From Minisyncoccia bacterium (lineage in GTDB: Bacteria > Patescibacteriota > Minisyncoccia > Phycocordibacterales > UBA9973), in contig JBBRWS010000005.1 in NCBI GenBank assembly GCA_038249055.1, positions 1,822 through 65,821 of the forward strand: a stretch of 64,000 bases of DNA, written 5' to 3'. Below, one piece after another: positions 18,992 to 29,800 of this stretch. Position numbers and translations under genes: made by a program. Below the pieces are notes generated by a model. It did no database searches. It was not told where the DNA came from and was given only the letters and a program-made list of their open reading frames with translations. Positions within the stretch are counted from its first letter, which is position 1; every line of letters starts with the position of its first letter.

Positions 18992-20824
18992 CTATTTATT
19001 ATTTGAAGCCAATAGTTCACTTTTTGCTTTTTTAATAGCAAGAATTTGAGAAGGGTCTGAGGTTATAATCTGGTCTTCTGTATATGAAGCAATTGTCTTT
19101 ATTGCGACGTGTTTTAAACCAGCAAAGAATATACCCTCCCCCACATTTGCTTCAAGTAATAGATATTTTTCTTCGTCGGTAAGATTGAAGGTTTTTTGGA
19201 GAACATCTATGGTTGCTGGCGATTGCTTTAGGAGTAATTGTATAGATGAGTTTGTAACAATAGGAATACCATACGGGCTTTTCATAAAATCCCCTACGTC
19301 TTGAGTAATAGTAGCAAGTCCTAAATAGTATTTTCTTCCACGTTTTGCAATTGAATATAAGAATGAAGCAGTATCTTCTGATTTCATCATCCACCAAGCC
19401 TCATCAACTACAAGTAATCTTTTTTTAATATTTTTACGAATAGCATTCCATATATAATGAGTAATTATATACATAGCAACAGGTTTAAGTTCGTCTTCCA
19501 TGTCTCTCACAGAGAAAACAATAAATTTTCTATTAATATCTACGTTTGATGGCTGGTTTAAGAAAGCAGACCATGAACCATGTGTATATTTAACTAAACG
19601 TTGCATAAGTGATTCACTCCCCTCCATACCAGAAAGAACAACTTCGAAGTCTGATAACATAGGAGGTTCAATATTCATAAAATCTGAATCAGTAGTAATA
19701 TCTTTTAGAGCGTATGTTTCAGTAATAGCCGCATCAATAATAGAATCTTCTTCTGGAGTAAGACCTCCAAGCATTATACGAAACAACCCAACAAGGTTTA
19801 TTGTGTTTGCTCTTAAAACATCTGCCCCTGTTTCTTCTCCTGTAGGTATTGGTAAATCAAATGGATTTATATGGTGGTCTGAAGATAAGGCAATATTAAA
19901 GTATCTACCTCCTACTGCTTCGGCTAAATATTCATATTCACGTTCAGGGTCTATTACAATAACTTCAGTATCAAACATTAGAGTACGAATTATTTCTAAT
20001 TTTGTTGCATAAGATTTACCCGCACCAGCAGTTGCAAAAGTTATAGAGTTATAGTTAGGTAAAGAAAATCTGTCAAAAAGAATTAAGCTGGAGTTGTGGC
20101 GGTTTACTCCATAGAGTATTCCTTTGTCTTCGGTTAGGTCAAAAGAAACAAAAGGAAAAATACTTGAAAGTGGTTCAGTGTTTAATTTTTGGTGTATACC
20201 TAATAGGTCTGTACCTAGAGGTATTACGCTCTTAAAACCCTCATTTTGCTGGAATAAAGCAGGTTTAAGATAAATAAGTTTTGATTCAAGAAGAGATTTT
20301 ATTTCATTCTCAATTTTAAATAAATCGTTATCATTTTCAGCATAAACTGTAATATAAAGTCCTACATCAAACATTTTTTCTTGGGCTTGCATAAGATTAT
20401 CTCTTAAATCTTCAAGATCTCTATATGCAGTATCAAGCATTGGATCACGAACAAGTCCTTTAGATTCACGAATAGAAATCTGACTTTGTACTTCAGCAAC
20501 CTTTTTTTGAAATGATCTTAATATTTCGGCGGTTTCAATTGGGTGTATAAAAATAGAAATATCAAAAACCTTATCCAAATTAACAATAGGAGAAAACCAA
20601 TTGTCACTCAAATATCTAGGATATGATATAACGAAAAAGGTTCTTGCTATTTTATCTCCAAGATTTAGTGATTTGGGTGTGATTTGAAGAGCAGAAGGTG
20701 CAATAATATCTTGAAGTTCAAGAGTTGCAGCTTTATATATTTCACTCGGCAAAACCGGCATAACCATGCTTTTATGGCTAGATAAATCTTTTTTGCCTCC
20801 AAATAATGATGATAATATTGACAT
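18992..20824 (-). CDS. VirB4/TraC-like secretion ATPase
   Basis: Walker A ATAGAGKS, IDPEREY, INPFD, Walker B VVDEAW, KRGRKY, ITQ. Confidence 0.92.
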   Translation of the reverse strand: MSILSSLFGGKKDLSSHKSMVMPVLPSEIYKAATLELQDIIAPSALQITPKSLNLGDKIARTFFVISYPRYLSDNWFSPIVNLDKVFDISIFIHPIETAEILRSFQKKVAEVQSQISIRESKGLVRDPMLDTAYRDLEDLRDNLMQAQEKMFDVGLYITVYAENDNDLFKIENEIKSLLESKLIYLKPALFQQNEGFKSVIPLGTDLLGIHQKLNTEPLSSIFPFVSFDLTEDKGILYGVNRHNSSLILFDRFSLPNYNSITFATAGAGKSYATKLEIIRTLMFDTEVIVIDPEREYEYLAEAVGGRYFNIALSSDHHINPFDLPIPTGEETGADVLRANTINLVGLFRIMLGGLTPEEDSIIDAAITETYALKDITTDSDFMNIEPPMLSDFEVVLSGMEGSESLMQRLVKYTHGSWSAFLNQPSNVDINRKFIVFSVRDMEDELKPVAMYIITHYIWNAIRKNIKKRLLVVDEAWWMMKSEDTASFLYSIAKRGRKYYLGLATITQDVGDFMKSPYGIPIVTNSSIQLLLKQSPATIDVLQKTFNLTDEEKYLLLEANVGEGIFFAGLKHVAIKTIASYTEDQIITSDPSQILAIKKAKSELLASNNK

Positions 20825-21100
20825 CCCGTTAGAGATAGGAAGCGCCTAATCTATTTTTAAGATAACGCTTTCCCATTCCCGATTTTAAATATAATTCTCT
20901 CGACCGAGATTTTTCTTCGCTCTTACATGCTTCATAATAAATAATTTCAAACGGTCCTCTTCCTTTTGCATAAACAGACAGACCATTGTTGTGTTGTAGA
21001 AGGCGTTTCCGTAAATCTTTTGTACTTCCTGTGTATATATTACCATCTTTTTTACTTTTTAATATATAGGTGTAATAAAACATATATAATCTCTAACGGG
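20825..21100 (-). mobile_element. 276-bp element with CCCGTTAGAGAT terminal inverted repeats carrying a GIY-YIG gene
   Basis: Perfect 12-bp inverted repeats at 20825-20836 and 21089-21100; abuts virB4 ATG. Confidence 0.75.
20829..21083 (-). CDS. Stand-alone GIY-YIG nuclease
   Basis: YTYIL.S...IYTGST.DL.KRL.QHN.G...YYEA...RE.YLKSG.G. Confidence 0.93.
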   Translation of the reverse strand: MFYYTYILKSKKDGNIYTGSTKDLRKRLLQHNNGLSVYAKGRGPFEIIYYEACKSEEKSRSRELYLKSGMGKRYLKNRLGASYL

Positions 21101-21108
21101 ACCAGTTA

Positions 21109-21762
21109 TTATTGTATTTTCATTCCCTGGCTAGTATCTCCTGGGTTAAATGTCTTATAAAAAAGTTCGACAACTTGATCTGTTTTAAGTTCAGATGTTC
21201 TTATTCCAACTCTACCGAGACCACTCATAATAACTCCTACTCTTTGGTCGAGTTGTGTTCTTTTTTCTTCAAAAGAAGCCAAATCCATAGCCTTCTTCGT
21301 ATCCTCTACTTGTTTTTTAGGAGCACTTCCACCAAGGAAACCCTCCATTATTTTATTGCCGGATTTTATTACAGTAGGACTATATGGAACAACAATAAAG
21401 AATGTTTTTGTCATTATGTTTACTTCGTCTGTAAAAGATTTAATAAAATCTATATATTCTTTGGTCTGAATTTTCAAAAGAGGCTCTGCTTGTTCTTTTA
21501 GTCTAACTTCTAGAGTAAGAAGATATGGTCGTATATCTAATCTGCGGGATTGCATACATATTTGAGTAGGAAAATCTAAGCCGTTTATAAAATTTTGGAA
21601 TTCATGTATGATGGCAGCTTGTTCGTCGGATGATTTTAAGGAAAGGTTTAAGGAAGATGCCAATAAAACAGCACGAAGACTACCATCTTTTAAAACAATG
21701 ATACCATTTCGAACTTCTTTTATTGGGACAAACTCTTGTGAACTCTTTGCGCTAATAGCCAT
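21109..21762 (-). CDS. VirB4-associated (TraC N-terminal/TrsD-like) protein
   Basis: SQEFVPIKEVRNGIIVLKDG, N..LKS.DEQ.AI; lies between prgI and virB4. Confidence 0.75.
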   Translation of the reverse strand: MAISAKSSQEFVPIKEVRNGIIVLKDGSLRAVLLASSLNLSLKSSDEQAAIIHEFQNFINGLDFPTQICMQSRRLDIRPYLLTLEVRLKEQAEPLLKIQTKEYIDFIKSFTDEVNIMTKTFFIVVPYSPTVIKSGNKIMEGFLGGSAPKKQVEDTKKAMDLASFEEKRTQLDQRVGVIMSGLGRVGIRTSELKTDQVVELFYKTFNPGDTSQGMKIQ

Positions 21763-21874
21763 AAATATAATTAACCCATAGGGTGATTCTGTTGAATCAT
21801 AATTAACAATTACTAATTAAAAACAAAATAAGAACTTACTACAAACATTGTATCATAATATTATTAATTCTAAA

Positions 21875-22294
21875 TTATTTACTCCCCTCATCTTTTCCCT
21901 GCACGTCTAAACTCCAAGAAAGATCCTTGATTTTATTAGTTGTTGTCATTGGTACAATAGATACCAACGGCGCAGTCTGTGAATCTTCCTCTTTTTCTTT
22001 GTCACCCGGTTTTACTAGTCTTTGTTTCCATATATATAATTTACTGGACATAAGATAATTAATGCCAGCCTCAAGATAAAAGATAAAAGGTTTTTCATTA
22101 ATTTTATAAAAAACCAGAAGAAAAGATAAAGTTCCTACTATTAGAATCGGAATAAGTCCAAGCCAAAAACCAAGAATTTTATATATAACAAATATTATTC
22201 CTCCCCCACCTAAAAGATATATAAATTGACGAAAAGAAAATGGGCCAAACAGCTTATCTTCGACGTCAATAAATTGTGGAACTTTAAATTGCAT
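21875..22294 (-). CDS. PrgI family (VirB3-like) membrane protein
   Basis: MQFKVPQFIDVEDKLFGPFSFRQF followed by two TM segments. Confidence 0.9.
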   Translation of the reverse strand: MQFKVPQFIDVEDKLFGPFSFRQFIYLLGGGGIIFVIYKILGFWLGLIPILIVGTLSFLLVFYKINEKPFIFYLEAGINYLMSSKLYIWKQRLVKPGDKEKEEDSQTAPLVSIVPMTTTNKIKDLSWSLDVQGKDEGSK

Positions 22295-22338
22295 AATTAT
22301 TTTTTTATTTCAATAACACTTCCTACTTCCTACTTATC

Positions 22339-23394
22339 CTAAAACGCTTCTCGATATGGGTCGTGTGATTTTAGAGGCTGTTTTAATTTATCTCCTGTGT
22401 CATTTGCAGAAGGGGTCGTCATTTTTGTGGCAGTATAATCAGATACTGTGTGATCACTCATGGTCACACTTTTTAATTTCTCTTCCAAAATACTCATTGG
22501 AATATCTTTTGGCATACTATCTATACCGGGAGTAGTTTCGATTTTTTTTATTGGCCAAGAATCTTTTAATTCATCTTTTGTGGTGAGAGGTAATTCTATC
22601 CCTTCTGTTTCCATATTGGTTTGCTTGGTTTTTTCTTCAATTTCTGGAGCACTGCTTATTTTAGCTTCTTTTTTTGCATAAGGAGGAAGAGGTACATCTT
22701 CTCCACTTTCAACTTCTAGTGGTGCACTTTTTGTTATCTCATCTCCTTTATGTAACATTAAATCTCTAATATTTTTTAAAATATTTTCATTTACATCTTT
22801 TACAAGATTTGTAAGATTTTCTTTTGAAAGGACTATTTTAGAGTTTATACCACCTTCATATTCATCTGGGTGTATTTTATTTTGAATTAAACTAACCGTA
22901 AGGTCCTCCAAAATACCCTGCTGTTCAATATTGAGTTTATATTCTTTTGATATTTCGTAAAGTTTAATTCTCCAATCAGAGATGGCTATTGCTTCTTGAA
23001 TATCTTTTGGCATGCTAATAAAACGAGGGTCAAGAATTAATGGCTTGTTAACAAAGACTACTTTTTCTTTTTCAAAAATCTTTTTTTCTAACCCTGATTG
23101 TATTTTTTTGAAGATTTGCCTATCTAATTCATTTAATAGGTCAGACACTTCATTTTTTGATAACAATAATCTTTTTTCCAGTTCACTCTCATACTCATCA
23201 GGGTTTAAAATTCCGCAAAGAAGAAGCTCTGTTTCTGTTGTTAGGTTGTCAATTTGTTCGACTGTATATTTATCGTTCATCCCTTCTATAACATATTTCC
23301 AATTTACAGCATCAATAGCCTCCTTGCTTTCTTTTGTAAGTAGTTTTTTTGCTTCATCTATTTTAATTTGTAATATGTCTGTTGTGTAATCCAT
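22339..23394 (-). CDS. Hypothetical protein with two helical repeat domains and acidic tail
   Basis: 351 aa ORF; ends DPYREAF. Confidence 0.8.
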   Translation of the reverse strand: MDYTTDILQIKIDEAKKLLTKESKEAIDAVNWKYVIEGMNDKYTVEQIDNLTTETELLLCGILNPDEYESELEKRLLLSKNEVSDLLNELDRQIFKKIQSGLEKKIFEKEKVVFVNKPLILDPRFISMPKDIQEAIAISDWRIKLYEISKEYKLNIEQQGILEDLTVSLIQNKIHPDEYEGGINSKIVLSKENLTNLVKDVNENILKNIRDLMLHKGDEITKSAPLEVESGEDVPLPPYAKKEAKISSAPEIEEKTKQTNMETEGIELPLTTKDELKDSWPIKKIETTPGIDSMPKDIPMSILEEKLKSVTMSDHTVSDYTATKMTTPSANDTGDKLKQPLKSHDPYREAF

Positions 23395-23408
23395 TTTTTT
23401 ATTTTTGT

Positions 23409-23861
23409 TTATAAACGATTATTTAAAGACGGAAGTTTAATATTTGTATTATTTTCTTCGTTTAAAAAAGCTGAATAATCTCCACCCGAAATAATAAAAT
23501 TTATTGTTTGCTTCCAATTTAATTGTTTGCTTCCTAAATTATTTCTTATATCGTCTTCAATTTTTATTGCTACTGGTTTAAATATTTTTTCAGTAATTTC
23601 ATCCGTTATTTTTTTGAGATCATCCTCTTTTAATTGAATCTCGTTTTGAATATTAAAAGAAAAATTATTTAAATTAACTAAACCCGTTAAAATTAATCCT
23701 GTTTCTACTTGTAATCTTTCTATCTCTTCATCAATAAGTCCAAATTTTATTCCAACCTCTTCAGTTTTTTTAACCCAGTCAACAGAATTAATAGCATCCC
23801 GATTTATTTTTGGAAGCTTTAATATTTCATCTTTAATTTTTTGTTGTAATATTTCTGTCAT
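23409..23861 (-). CDS. Hypothetical protein, paralogous to N-terminus of 22339..23394
   Basis: LQ.KI..E...L.K....AI..V.W and ET.L.L.G motifs shared. Confidence 0.8.
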   Translation of the reverse strand: MTEILQQKIKDEILKLPKINRDAINSVDWVKKTEEVGIKFGLIDEEIERLQVETGLILTGLVNLNNFSFNIQNEIQLKEDDLKKITDEITEKIFKPVAIKIEDDIRNNLGSKQLNWKQTINFIISGGDYSAFLNEENNTNIKLPSLNNRL

Positions 23862-23870
23862 AAATTTATA

Positions 23871-26621
23871 TTAATGAGTTGGTGCGTGCCCAGCACTTGC
23901 GGGGGCTGTTCCTGCTGGTTTTGCTGCTGCTGCAGGTGTTGGGTGTGCAGGCGCAGGACTTCCCCCTCCTCCATGTGAACTAACACTTTTGGTTACAATA
24001 CCTAATCTTATATTATCTACGGCTTCATCGGTACCCTTTCTTGTACTTCCTGCAGATAAAATATTAGCCCATTTGTTTAAATTACTGCCAAGCATTGTCG
24101 CGTATTCTTTTGCAAGCTGATTACTGTCGTGTTCAATTTTGTGATCAATATCTTTAATTTCTTTGGTAACACCTATTATATTTTTACCGTTTTGTGCACC
24201 TGTATCAGTATAATAATTATTCGTTCCAGCAATTTGACCACCAGATTTAATATTACTTAATTTACTATTTTCTACTCTAATTTCAGTAGAAATTCTAGCC
24301 CTTTCACCTGGGTCTGCTTCATCACTTAGTTGTTGTCTTAGTCTAACTAGGTTAGCGTCAATATCATGAATATCTTTTGAGTATTTATCCTCAATAATTT
24401 TTTTATCAACATTTGCCTTTCTTTTTTTGATTTCACTATCTTTATTAACAATTTTCTTGAGGTCTTCTGCTCTCTTTGTTCTTTTTGCAAGTTTATCTTC
24501 TTCTGCTTTTTTATAGCCACCCTCTTTTGGCTTACCGAGACTCTTTAATCCAGTATCAGAGAGACCTTTACCTGCAATTTTTACTCCACGAAGGTCCATA
24601 CTTCCACTACCCGCAGCTGCTCCACCCTTCAATAACATTTTAGCCCCAAATCCCTTAATTCCACCTTTTGATTCAATCTCAGCTAATTTACTTGAACTGG
24701 CCATTTTACTACCCAATCTACCAAGTGTTGCCCTTCCAGCTATTGCTGCTCCTCCAGTTGCTACTCCAAGAGCAAGTCCTCCTGCAACTGCTCCAACTTT
24801 TGATATAGCAGCACCTACTTCTCCAGACATATCTACAGCGATACTTTTTGCTTTCATTAGAAGAATCATTATAAAAGCGAAAGGAACTACGATAGCAATA
24901 ACAAAAGTCAATCCACCCTTACCTGTTTTCATACTAGCATCAATGATACCAAGTCCTTTATCCATAAATCCCACAATAATATACATAAAAAATGCAAACA
25001 CAGGAGCAACAAAAGCCATTTTTAAAGTATCTGGCCACCATTTTTTCCACCCTATCATTTTTATATCTTGAAGTTGGGGTACTATATAACTAAAAAATGC
25101 GAGAGGTGCCAAAATCATTGCTAGCCATAGTCCGACAACTCTTGCTATAAAAACAAAAGCGGAAGACAAAAAAGCTATAGTTCCAACGATGTTTACGGCC
25201 GTTGCAAGGAAAATAACTATTATAAAAGTACCAGTTGAAATACCCTGTTTTGTTTTTGTTTGGTCTTCACCGGTCATAGTTCCTCTAATTGGTATAGACT
25301 CAACTTCACTGGCTCTCATTATAAGTTCTTGTGGATTTACTTTTGAAACAATAGCTTCAGATAATTTAATTTCTCCAAAATCACCCAATTCACTTTTAGT
25401 TGGAAGAGGGTTACCACTAGCATCTTTTTGGGCAGTACCAGTAACAATTGTTTTTTGATTATAAAATACTCGAGTTAAAATATTTGAAGCATCTATTATT
25501 ACTTGGGTTGCAAACAAACTAAAATTTATCAAAAGCCCGATAATAACAACATTTATTATCATTTCTTTTGTTTTGACATTGTGTAAATTTAAAATAGTTC
25601 CAAATGCAATATAGAGCAAAACGAAAATAAAGAACATATTACAAAAATCTTTTACTATTCCCCATCCTTCTACAACAAAAGATGAACGATAAGAAGTGTC
25701 ACTAATAGAATACATCAATGTAAAGTCTAATGCTTTTCCAGAAAGACCAAAAACAAATGAAGATGTTTTAAAAAATAAGTAATATAGAGCTTGAGCAATA
25801 CAACCTGAAAACCAAGAACTTGGGCTAGTAACATCACAAGTTGGAAGATCTCCAGCATTGCTTCCTTCTGATATTTTAACTTCACCACTACCCAGAGCAC
25901 CTATATTTTGTTGTATTTTGTTTGCAGTTGTTAAAGGATTTAATGTTGCTGCAGGAAAGTAACTTTTTTCTTCTGTAACTCCAGAAATTGATTCTCCATT
26001 ACCCTCCGCACTTCCGCACTGCGACGCCGTACAAGCAAGATAGTATAATGTTGTTTTATAAGAAGTATCTGGTTCCAATTGTGTAAAGTCGCCATTTATA
26101 TTTTTTCTAATAGAAATATCCAACTCTATACTAGTAGGCATTGTAGATTCCCCTCTCATTTCTGTATAATTTTTACCAGGTGGAGTTAAAATAAATGAAG
26201 TAGCATCTAACCACCCAACTTTATTTGTTTTTAAATTTTCAAATTTTAAAATAAAAGTATTAGGAGTTTCAAAATTTTTACAAGCACCCCCTAAAGTAAG
26301 AACACACGTCGCAATATTACCTGAAGTTGCTACATATTTCCAAGCATCGCTTGCGTTGGAATTTTTAGGTAATCCCGTATCTAATATAAGATGTAGGTCT
26401 GCAGTTGCCAGTGTTTCATCTACGTAAGTTGTATTATTGCGACTTAAAATACTAGCTGAAAAGTTTTGAGTGAATGCTTCTTTTGAGCCATCTCTTTCTA
26501 CTGCTTCTGCTTTTGAACTTTTTATTTCTATACTTTTTCCATCTAACCCAACACTAATAGGCGCGAAGAGATTCGCGAAGATGATAAAAGATATTAAAGT
26601 ATATGATAAAACTTTTTTCAT
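23871..26621 (-). CDS. VirB6/TrbL-like polytopic membrane protein
   Basis: GW..VKDFCN.FFIF.LLYIA, LLINFSLF, L..LAPLAF, W.KWW; Gly/Ala-rich and coiled-coil tail. Confidence 0.8.
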   Translation of the reverse strand: MKKVLSYTLISFIIFANLFAPISVGLDGKSIEIKSSKAEAVERDGSKEAFTQNFSASILSRNNTTYVDETLATADLHLILDTGLPKNSNASDAWKYVATSGNIATCVLTLGGACKNFETPNTFILKFENLKTNKVGWLDATSFILTPPGKNYTEMRGESTMPTSIELDISIRKNINGDFTQLEPDTSYKTTLYYLACTASQCGSAEGNGESISGVTEEKSYFPAATLNPLTTANKIQQNIGALGSGEVKISEGSNAGDLPTCDVTSPSSWFSGCIAQALYYLFFKTSSFVFGLSGKALDFTLMYSISDTSYRSSFVVEGWGIVKDFCNMFFIFVLLYIAFGTILNLHNVKTKEMIINVVIIGLLINFSLFATQVIIDASNILTRVFYNQKTIVTGTAQKDASGNPLPTKSELGDFGEIKLSEAIVSKVNPQELIMRASEVESIPIRGTMTGEDQTKTKQGISTGTFIIVIFLATAVNIVGTIAFLSSAFVFIARVVGLWLAMILAPLAFFSYIVPQLQDIKMIGWKKWWPDTLKMAFVAPVFAFFMYIIVGFMDKGLGIIDASMKTGKGGLTFVIAIVVPFAFIMILLMKAKSIAVDMSGEVGAAISKVGAVAGGLALGVATGGAAIAGRATLGRLGSKMASSSKLAEIESKGGIKGFGAKMLLKGGAAAGSGSMDLRGVKIAGKGLSDTGLKSLGKPKEGGYKKAEEDKLAKRTKRAEDLKKIVNKDSEIKKRKANVDKKIIEDKYSKDIHDIDANLVRLRQQLSDEADPGERARISTEIRVENSKLSNIKSGGQIAGTNNYYTDTGAQNGKNIIGVTKEIKDIDHKIEHDSNQLAKEYATMLGSNLNKWANILSAGSTRKGTDEAVDNIRLGIVTKSVSSHGGGGSPAPAHPTPAAAAKPAGTAPASAGHAPTH

Positions 26622-26800
26622 TTATTATCTAACAAAACCATTATAGCATTTTAATTTAATATTAAATTAAAATGCTAATTTTTTAAACAAAAACTTAACT
26701 AAAAACTTCAGATTCATTTCATCTCCACTTCCTAATTTAATTATTAATTAGTAGTTTTGATTTAATAAAATCTCTCCTAGATTAATTATTAATTAAACCA

Positions 26801-29800
26801 CTACCAAATATTTAAAATTCTTTCTGTGCTATTCATATCTATGCTATCTACCCATTTACAACCCCTATCTATATTTTGATAATAATTACTAGGAAGTCCT
26901 CCCTCTGATCCTGTTTTTAATCCAGTTCCCCATGCCCAACAGTTTGAATATTCATTATTACCTATATTAAAGTTATTAAAGGTATCACAATCAATTCCGT
27001 CTGTAGTTTTACCTGTAAAATATCCAGATGCAACCCTGCATGATACATTTCTACCACTAGCATTATATATAGGTTCTAATAAACCAACTTCAGTGTAGCC
27101 AAATTGATCAGTGTCGGTGTCTGCTATTTTGTAAGGGTATGAACCATTTGTTCCTTTTGTATACCATGGATTTCCATGTCTAATTCCTGTAAAACCATTA
27201 GCATAAGGATTCGTTCCAAGATTAAATACAAAATTACTGTTTGCTTCTCTTGCAAATTCTGCTCCAGAATTAGCTTCACACAAATCTTTGTTACGTGAGC
27301 AAAAATCATTAAAACCACTATTATCATTTAGTTCCAAGTAGCATTTTTTTGTTAGGTTATCAATTTGACTAGCAAAATTTGTATTCTGTTCAATCTCATT
27401 ATATATTGTTGAAATATCTTCTACTGTTTTAAGGGATGATGATATTAGATAAAATTTGCGAAGCAATATGTCCAGTTGTGCTTTTTCTGCATCGTTAAAT
27501 GTTAAAGGGTTTTGTTCTATTAATAAACATTTATTGGCTCCACCACTTTCACATTTGTCCCCGTTTACAACTTTAGGTGGCTTACAGTCAGATTTATTTA
27601 TACATGCTTTTGTCTCAGTATCAGTTATCATCGGAGAAACACAAGGTCCAGGAACTTCACACTTGTCCCCAATTACAATTTTAGGTGACTTACAATCAGA
27701 TTTATTTATACATGCTTTTGTCTCAGTATCAGTTATCATCGGAGAAACACAAGGTCCAGGAACTTCACACTTGTCCCCAATTACAATTTTAGGTGACTTA
27801 CAGTCAGATTTATTTATACACAGTTTAGTTTCAGTGTCTGTGATTTTTGGAGAAAGACAAGGTACTGGTAATGAACTTGTTACTGTAAATGTTGTCCAGG
27901 CTCCACAGTTATTGTTTTCATTTACTTCTGTAATTAATCCATCGTCTACTGCTGATTTTTTATCTGCACAGGCACGTATATAATATGTACCCGCAGAAGT
28001 AAATTTATATGAAACTTTTGCAGTGTTACTAGTTTTTGGTGACATTATTGGAATAGTAACATCAAGCGACACCAGAGAAGAAGAGTTAGATGAGCTACTT
28101 GTACCAGGATTACTTTGAGTTATTGCAAAGAAAGATGAAAATGTTTTTAAAGTAGAACCACCCCCAATATTTGTTATTGTTGAGGAAAGCGTTGTTTGTG
28201 TATTTATAAGAGAGCTTGCAGGAGTAACATTTCCAGCTGTTAAATCAGGTTCTGTTCCTGAAGGAGAAGTTGATTCTGAGTTGTGTTCAGCTACATATTC
28301 TTTATTTAAATCCCCATTAACGTGACACTCAGGATCCGCATTGTCTATTAGTAAGTCGTTGTCGTTATTATTTATTTTATCGTTACATTCATATTTTGTT
28401 TCACCAAATCCACTTACAAAAATATTTACAAAACCAGCACCTGAGCCGAGATCTCCTTTACAGGTTACAGAGTATGAAGTATTTTCTGTAAGTGGTCCTG
28501 TTTCAAAAGAGCCAGCAGTAGCAGTTCCTCTTCCAGTTCCTGCATCACAAGATGTACTGTTTGTTGAGGTCCAATTAATAGTTGAAGAAGCTCCAAGTGC
28601 AACTGAACTCGGACTGGCAGTAACTTTGACTGTTGGAAAAGTATTACTTCCACCGGTAACAAAAACATAAACACTATTGTTGCTTGAACCGTTTAATCCC
28701 GTACATGTTACTGAATATGAATTACTGTCTTTGAGTGGTCCTGTTTCAAAAGAACCAGAAGTTCCAGACCCCCTTCCAGTTCCTGCGTCACAAGACGTAC
28801 TGTTTGTGGAAGTCCAACTTATAGTTGAAGATGCACCAGGAGCAACTGAACTTGGGCTAGCTGTAACACGGACTGTTGGAAATTTATTTCCAAAACCAAA
28901 ATCGTCACAAGTAGGAGGATTTATTGCTCCGTTTATACATTTATTAGAATCAATAGGACCAGTAGTACAAACAGGAGGATTTGTTGCTCCATTTATACAT
29001 TTATTAGAATCAATAGGACCAGTAGTACAAACAGGAGGATTTGTTGTTCCATTTATACACTTGTTGTCGGTACCCACGTTACAAATCTCAGGATTTATTG
29101 CTCCATTTAGACATTTATTATCAGAAGTAATAGTACAAAGCGGAGGATTAATTGTTCCATTTATACACTTATTGTCAGAAGTAATAGTACAAAGCTGAGG
29201 ATTTGTTGCCCCATTGAGACACTTGTTGTCAGAGCCAATAGTACAAAGCTGAGGATTTGTTGCCCCATTGAGACACTTGTTGTCAGAGCCAATAGTACAA
29301 AGCTGAGGATTTGTTGCCCCATTAAGACATTTATTATCGGAGCCCACAGTACAAATTGGAGGATTAATTGTTCCATTTATACATTTATTATCAGAAGTAA
29401 TAGTACAAAGTGGAGGATTAATTGTTCCATTCACACATTTATTTTCAGAACCTATAGTACAAAGCGGAGGATTAATAGCTCCATTAATACATTCACTTTC
29501 TAAAATACTATCGCAAAGAGGAGGGTTGTTTGCTTTGTTTAGACACGTATTGTCAGAGTTAATAGTACAAAGCGGAGGATTAATTGTTCCATTTATACAT
29601 TTATTATCAGACCCTACAGTACAAAGCGGAGGATTAATTGTTCCATTTAAACATGAACCATTTACTAAAATAGTACAAAGTGGAGGATTAATTGTTTCGT
29701 TTAAACATAAATTACGTGAAACTGTAGTACAATTTGGGGGGTTGTTTGCCCCATTTAAACATAAATTATTTGAGTCTATAGTACAAAGTGGAGAATTAAC

